Assembly (NCBI GenBank): GCA_037379345.1
Contig: CM074515.1
Coordinates: 5,270,001-5,334,000 of the forward strand
DNA from: Perna viridis
Taxonomy: Eukaryota
DNA: 64,000 nt
Reading direction: 5' to 3'
Position numbers and translations under genes: made by a program. Of this stretch, positions 61,101-64,000 are shown piece after piece. A model generated the notes under the pieces. It did not search any database and was not told the origin of the DNA. It saw only the letters and a list, made by a program, of their open reading frames with translations. How positions within the stretch are numbered: the first letter of the stretch is position 1; each line of letters opens with the position of its first letter.

Positions 61101-63265
61101 TTTGGCTAGATCCTTCAATCTCAGTTTCCGCTATATAGATGACGTATTATCTTTAAACAATCCTAATTTCGGGGATTTGATACAAAAGTACTTGAGATAA
61201 AGGATACTACAGACACTGTGAAGTCAGCCTCATATCTTGACCTACACTTAGAAATCGATGGTAAAGGAAAACTATTGACCAAACTTTACGACAAACGTGA
61301 TGACTTTTCATTCAGAATTGTCAACTTTCCTTTTACCTGTGGCATCATCCCTTCGGCTCCTGCGTATGGAGTGTTCATATCACAACTCATACGTTATGCC
61401 AGAGCTTGCCAAAACTACGTAGACTTTTTGTATCGCTCTAGAAGTCTAACAAATAGGCTTCTGGAACAGGGTTATGTTGCTACAAGATTGAGATTAACGG
61501 TCGTCATCATGAACTCGTGGATCGTTATGACGTATCCATCTGTACCATGAAAACTGATTTATTCAACGGGTCATAGTTATCCTTTCCTTGTTTGTCTACC
61601 CCGGACTTGACTTTTTATGAGCAACTCGGCAGGTGTTTCTAGAAAAGCAGAGGACGCTTACCCTACCGGTGCACCTGGTCCATGCTCCCAGTTTTTAGAA
61701 TAGGCCGAGCTCATTTGCTTTTGTTACTTTGTATGTATGATTTTAGTTACTTTATGTTCTTTGTTGTGTGTGTCTGTTTTCCATGTCTGGTCTTTGTCCC
61801 TGGATTGCATTCTTTTGATTACCGCTATAACCTTGGTTCCCTTCATTACTCTTCCAAGGAACAACAGTAGAAACTTTCATTAACAACGAGTATTGTTTAA
61901 AATTATATATTAAATATTTGTAGGAAGTTAAAGGCGACAAGAAATTAACTGTCATCCTGTTTGTTACATAAAAGATCTTGTTAATTTTTTTGTTAATTAC
62001 TTTAGTTACTATTAATATAACGTTAATTTTTTTTTAAGAATCTCTGGTTATTCTTGGAAGAAGAAATCTTGTTGACCTCATTACAGATATTCCTACTTAG
62101 CCTTTGTAAGTTATCTTAAATTAACTTTTTACTACACTTCTTTCAAGACTAATTTTAATTCCTCCACTCTTCACAGTGGATACTTTGTGAGTGGTCACAA
62201 TGTCCTAACAACCATGGTGTCATCATTTTATAACATGATTGTAGTTTTATCTTTTTACATGATAACATATATTTAATGATTTTTAAAGTTTAAAAGCATT
62301 TGAGGTGTATACAAAAAAAAAGTGTTGGAATGAAGCAATTTTATCTCAGTTATCTTAGTGGGTACACAGTGGAGGAAAATGGTGACTCCACTGTGAAAAT
62401 TGGAGAAATTATTTTTTTAGGTTGATGGTAGTATACATGTACATTAAGGAAATGGCTATCCAAATATTAATGTACATATTTGAATGTCAGAACAAAGCCA
62501 GATTCTCTCTGCTTTAAACAAACTTTGTATCAATTCTTTATTTGAAATTTTATTCAATTGTTTATTACTTAGGGAACAAAATGTACATAACGTAGTGGAG
62601 GTTTCAAGAACATGTCTGCTTTCTTTTGCATATTGACTGGCTATGCTGAACTTTTTTTACTGTTGGCCAATACAAGTTGAAAATGGCTTTTCTAAAAATC
62701 AGAACCAGATGTGCGGAATGGTTTTTGTAGATTATTGTACAGTTAAACCTTATTTGGTCCAGTATTCATAGAAATTTTAATGGATCAAATTCTATTCAAA
62801 AGAAGAATGTTTTGCACATTCATGTGTGTTGTAAGTTTTGTTTTACTTGGTACACACATGAATGTTATAGTTATAAGACCATGTATTTTACAAGTAAAAT
62901 ACCTACATGTAGTTAGCTGACTAGCTAGCAAAGTAATTATACCTCTGTAAACAAAGTTTTGGGAGTTATAGGTTTCAATCTGTATGTTTGTCCCTCACTC
63001 TGTTGGAAATATTCTCTAAACAGTTTGCAGCATTACTATGAAACTTTGTGGAATGTAATGTAATCACATGGAGATGTACATACTGTTGGGAATTTATGTT
63101 GAACAAAAGATGTATAAATGATGGCTGTTGAACTTAAACACTTATTCAGCAAATCTTGGTCTCATGTGTTGACTGCAATTTCTCCTGACAACTTTCAGGA
63201 TTGTTATAAAAATTAATTTTGTGTTATATTATTATATTGGGATATGCATGTTGTCAGGAATTTAT
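58176..63265 (+). repeat. Segmental duplication, copy 2 (includes a 1.9-kb PLE insertion)
   Basis: Colinear with 17529-21110. Confidence 0.93.
59978..61853 (+). mobile_element. Penelope-like element, Naiad-type (RT at C-terminus, no C-terminal GIY-YIG), 5'-truncated and disrupted
   Basis: SPFKYGPSGHVVTGDL, KGPKYREP, PADKAQNN, YWIPKLHK, YDFSTLY, GIPMGTNCAP, FRYIDDV, YDKRDDF. TSD TTCCAA at 59972-59977 and 61852-61857; empty site at ~19660. Confidence 0.92.
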
Positions 63266-63515
63266 GTTTGGACAGTGAGCGCTGGCATTTTTCAGCAAAA
63301 CCTGGTCTAATGTGTTGTCTACAACTCCTCGTTAACGACTTGCAAGATTGTATTGAAACTTGAACTTTGAACTTGAACCAATTTTCATGGATTAGGGAAA
63401 AAACACAAGTTCGTGGATTCATGAATTCATGGTTTTAAGGTTTTACATGTAGATATACACATCAGTGGAAATTCCCTCCTCATTGGGAACCAAATTTTGT
63501 GGTTTGGCATACCCA

Positions 63516-63993
63516 GATTGATTGATTGATTGATTGTTGGGGTTTAACGCCCGAGCAGCTATATTTCAGCTATATTCAGGATAAAATGAACATGAATGAT
63601 GATGAAATGAAACAAGGGATGGGACACAAGGGCACTAGAAAAAGGGGGGTTGGGTAGGGTCGGGCAATTTAGCCTCCTGTGGCGGAGCGCAGAGGTCCCT
63701 ACTTCTATCGAATACCACAACACGGTTCTTTAACGTGCGGGGAACGTAGCATCTTTCCCAACACGGTACCTCACTATGGTTTGCGATCAGGTTTTCTATA
63801 TTATAGCCTGACAATCCCAGCATGTAACACGCCAGGGGTACCCCATTCCACCTCCTGGGGCACACATCCCAGTTGCTCTGTAGACAGAGCGCCTAGCCGC
63901 CGGCTAGGTTTCTGGGCACTATTTAGTCGCCTTTTACGACAAGCTTAGCGCTGCTGCAGGCCTATTCTTTTGACACCCGGACCTGCACGGGGC
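63516..63993 (-). mobile_element. Full-length copy of the structured SINE-like retroposon
   Basis: Reverse complement of 43477-43980; TSD ATACCCA at 63509-63515 and 63994-64000; (GATT)n tail. Confidence 0.9.
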
Positions 63994-64000
63994 ATACCCA

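Noticed and set aside
59978-61853. Selenoprotein-encoding Naiad
   Set aside because: In the stretches I translated, Cys codons are TGT/TGC and the disruptions are TAG stops and frameshifts, not in-frame TGA at Cys positions.

Overview
AT-rich eukaryotic DNA. The repeat families suggest a bivalve mollusc (inference). Layout from left to right: (1) a Ty3/Gypsy LTR retrotransposon (1-6343) with a tRNA-Lys PBS, an uninterrupted pol ORF, a PPT and a ~1.33-kb LTR, but no gag; (2) a ~2-kb degenerate TTAGGG-derived higher-order array and a GAG-rich hexamer array; (3) the decayed right arm of a Polinton/Maverick (adintovirus-like) element, with a C2H2-finger in frame with its packaging ATPase, an ETS-site-rich subterminal repeat and an ...ACTACT terminus at 12699; (4) an intact tyrosine aminotransferase gene with 10 coding exons (26783-40679, 422 aa); (5) a two-exon 7TM receptor-like gene with a frameshift (~50453-57866); (6) a ~3.3-kb segment present twice (17.5-21.1 kb and 58.2-63.3 kb). 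Interspersed repeats include seven fragments of a Naiad-type Penelope-like element, Helentron-type HINEs, a highly structured SINE-like element with no obvious tRNA head, an RTE LINE remnant, a Tc1/mariner transposase remnant and several MITEs. Best novelty candidates: the zinc-finger/packaging-ATPase fusion next to a matching repeat array, the pseudoknot-headed SINE with a fixed 5' end, and the gag-less Gypsy with intact pol. All family assignments are from motif recognition by eye; no database searches were run.
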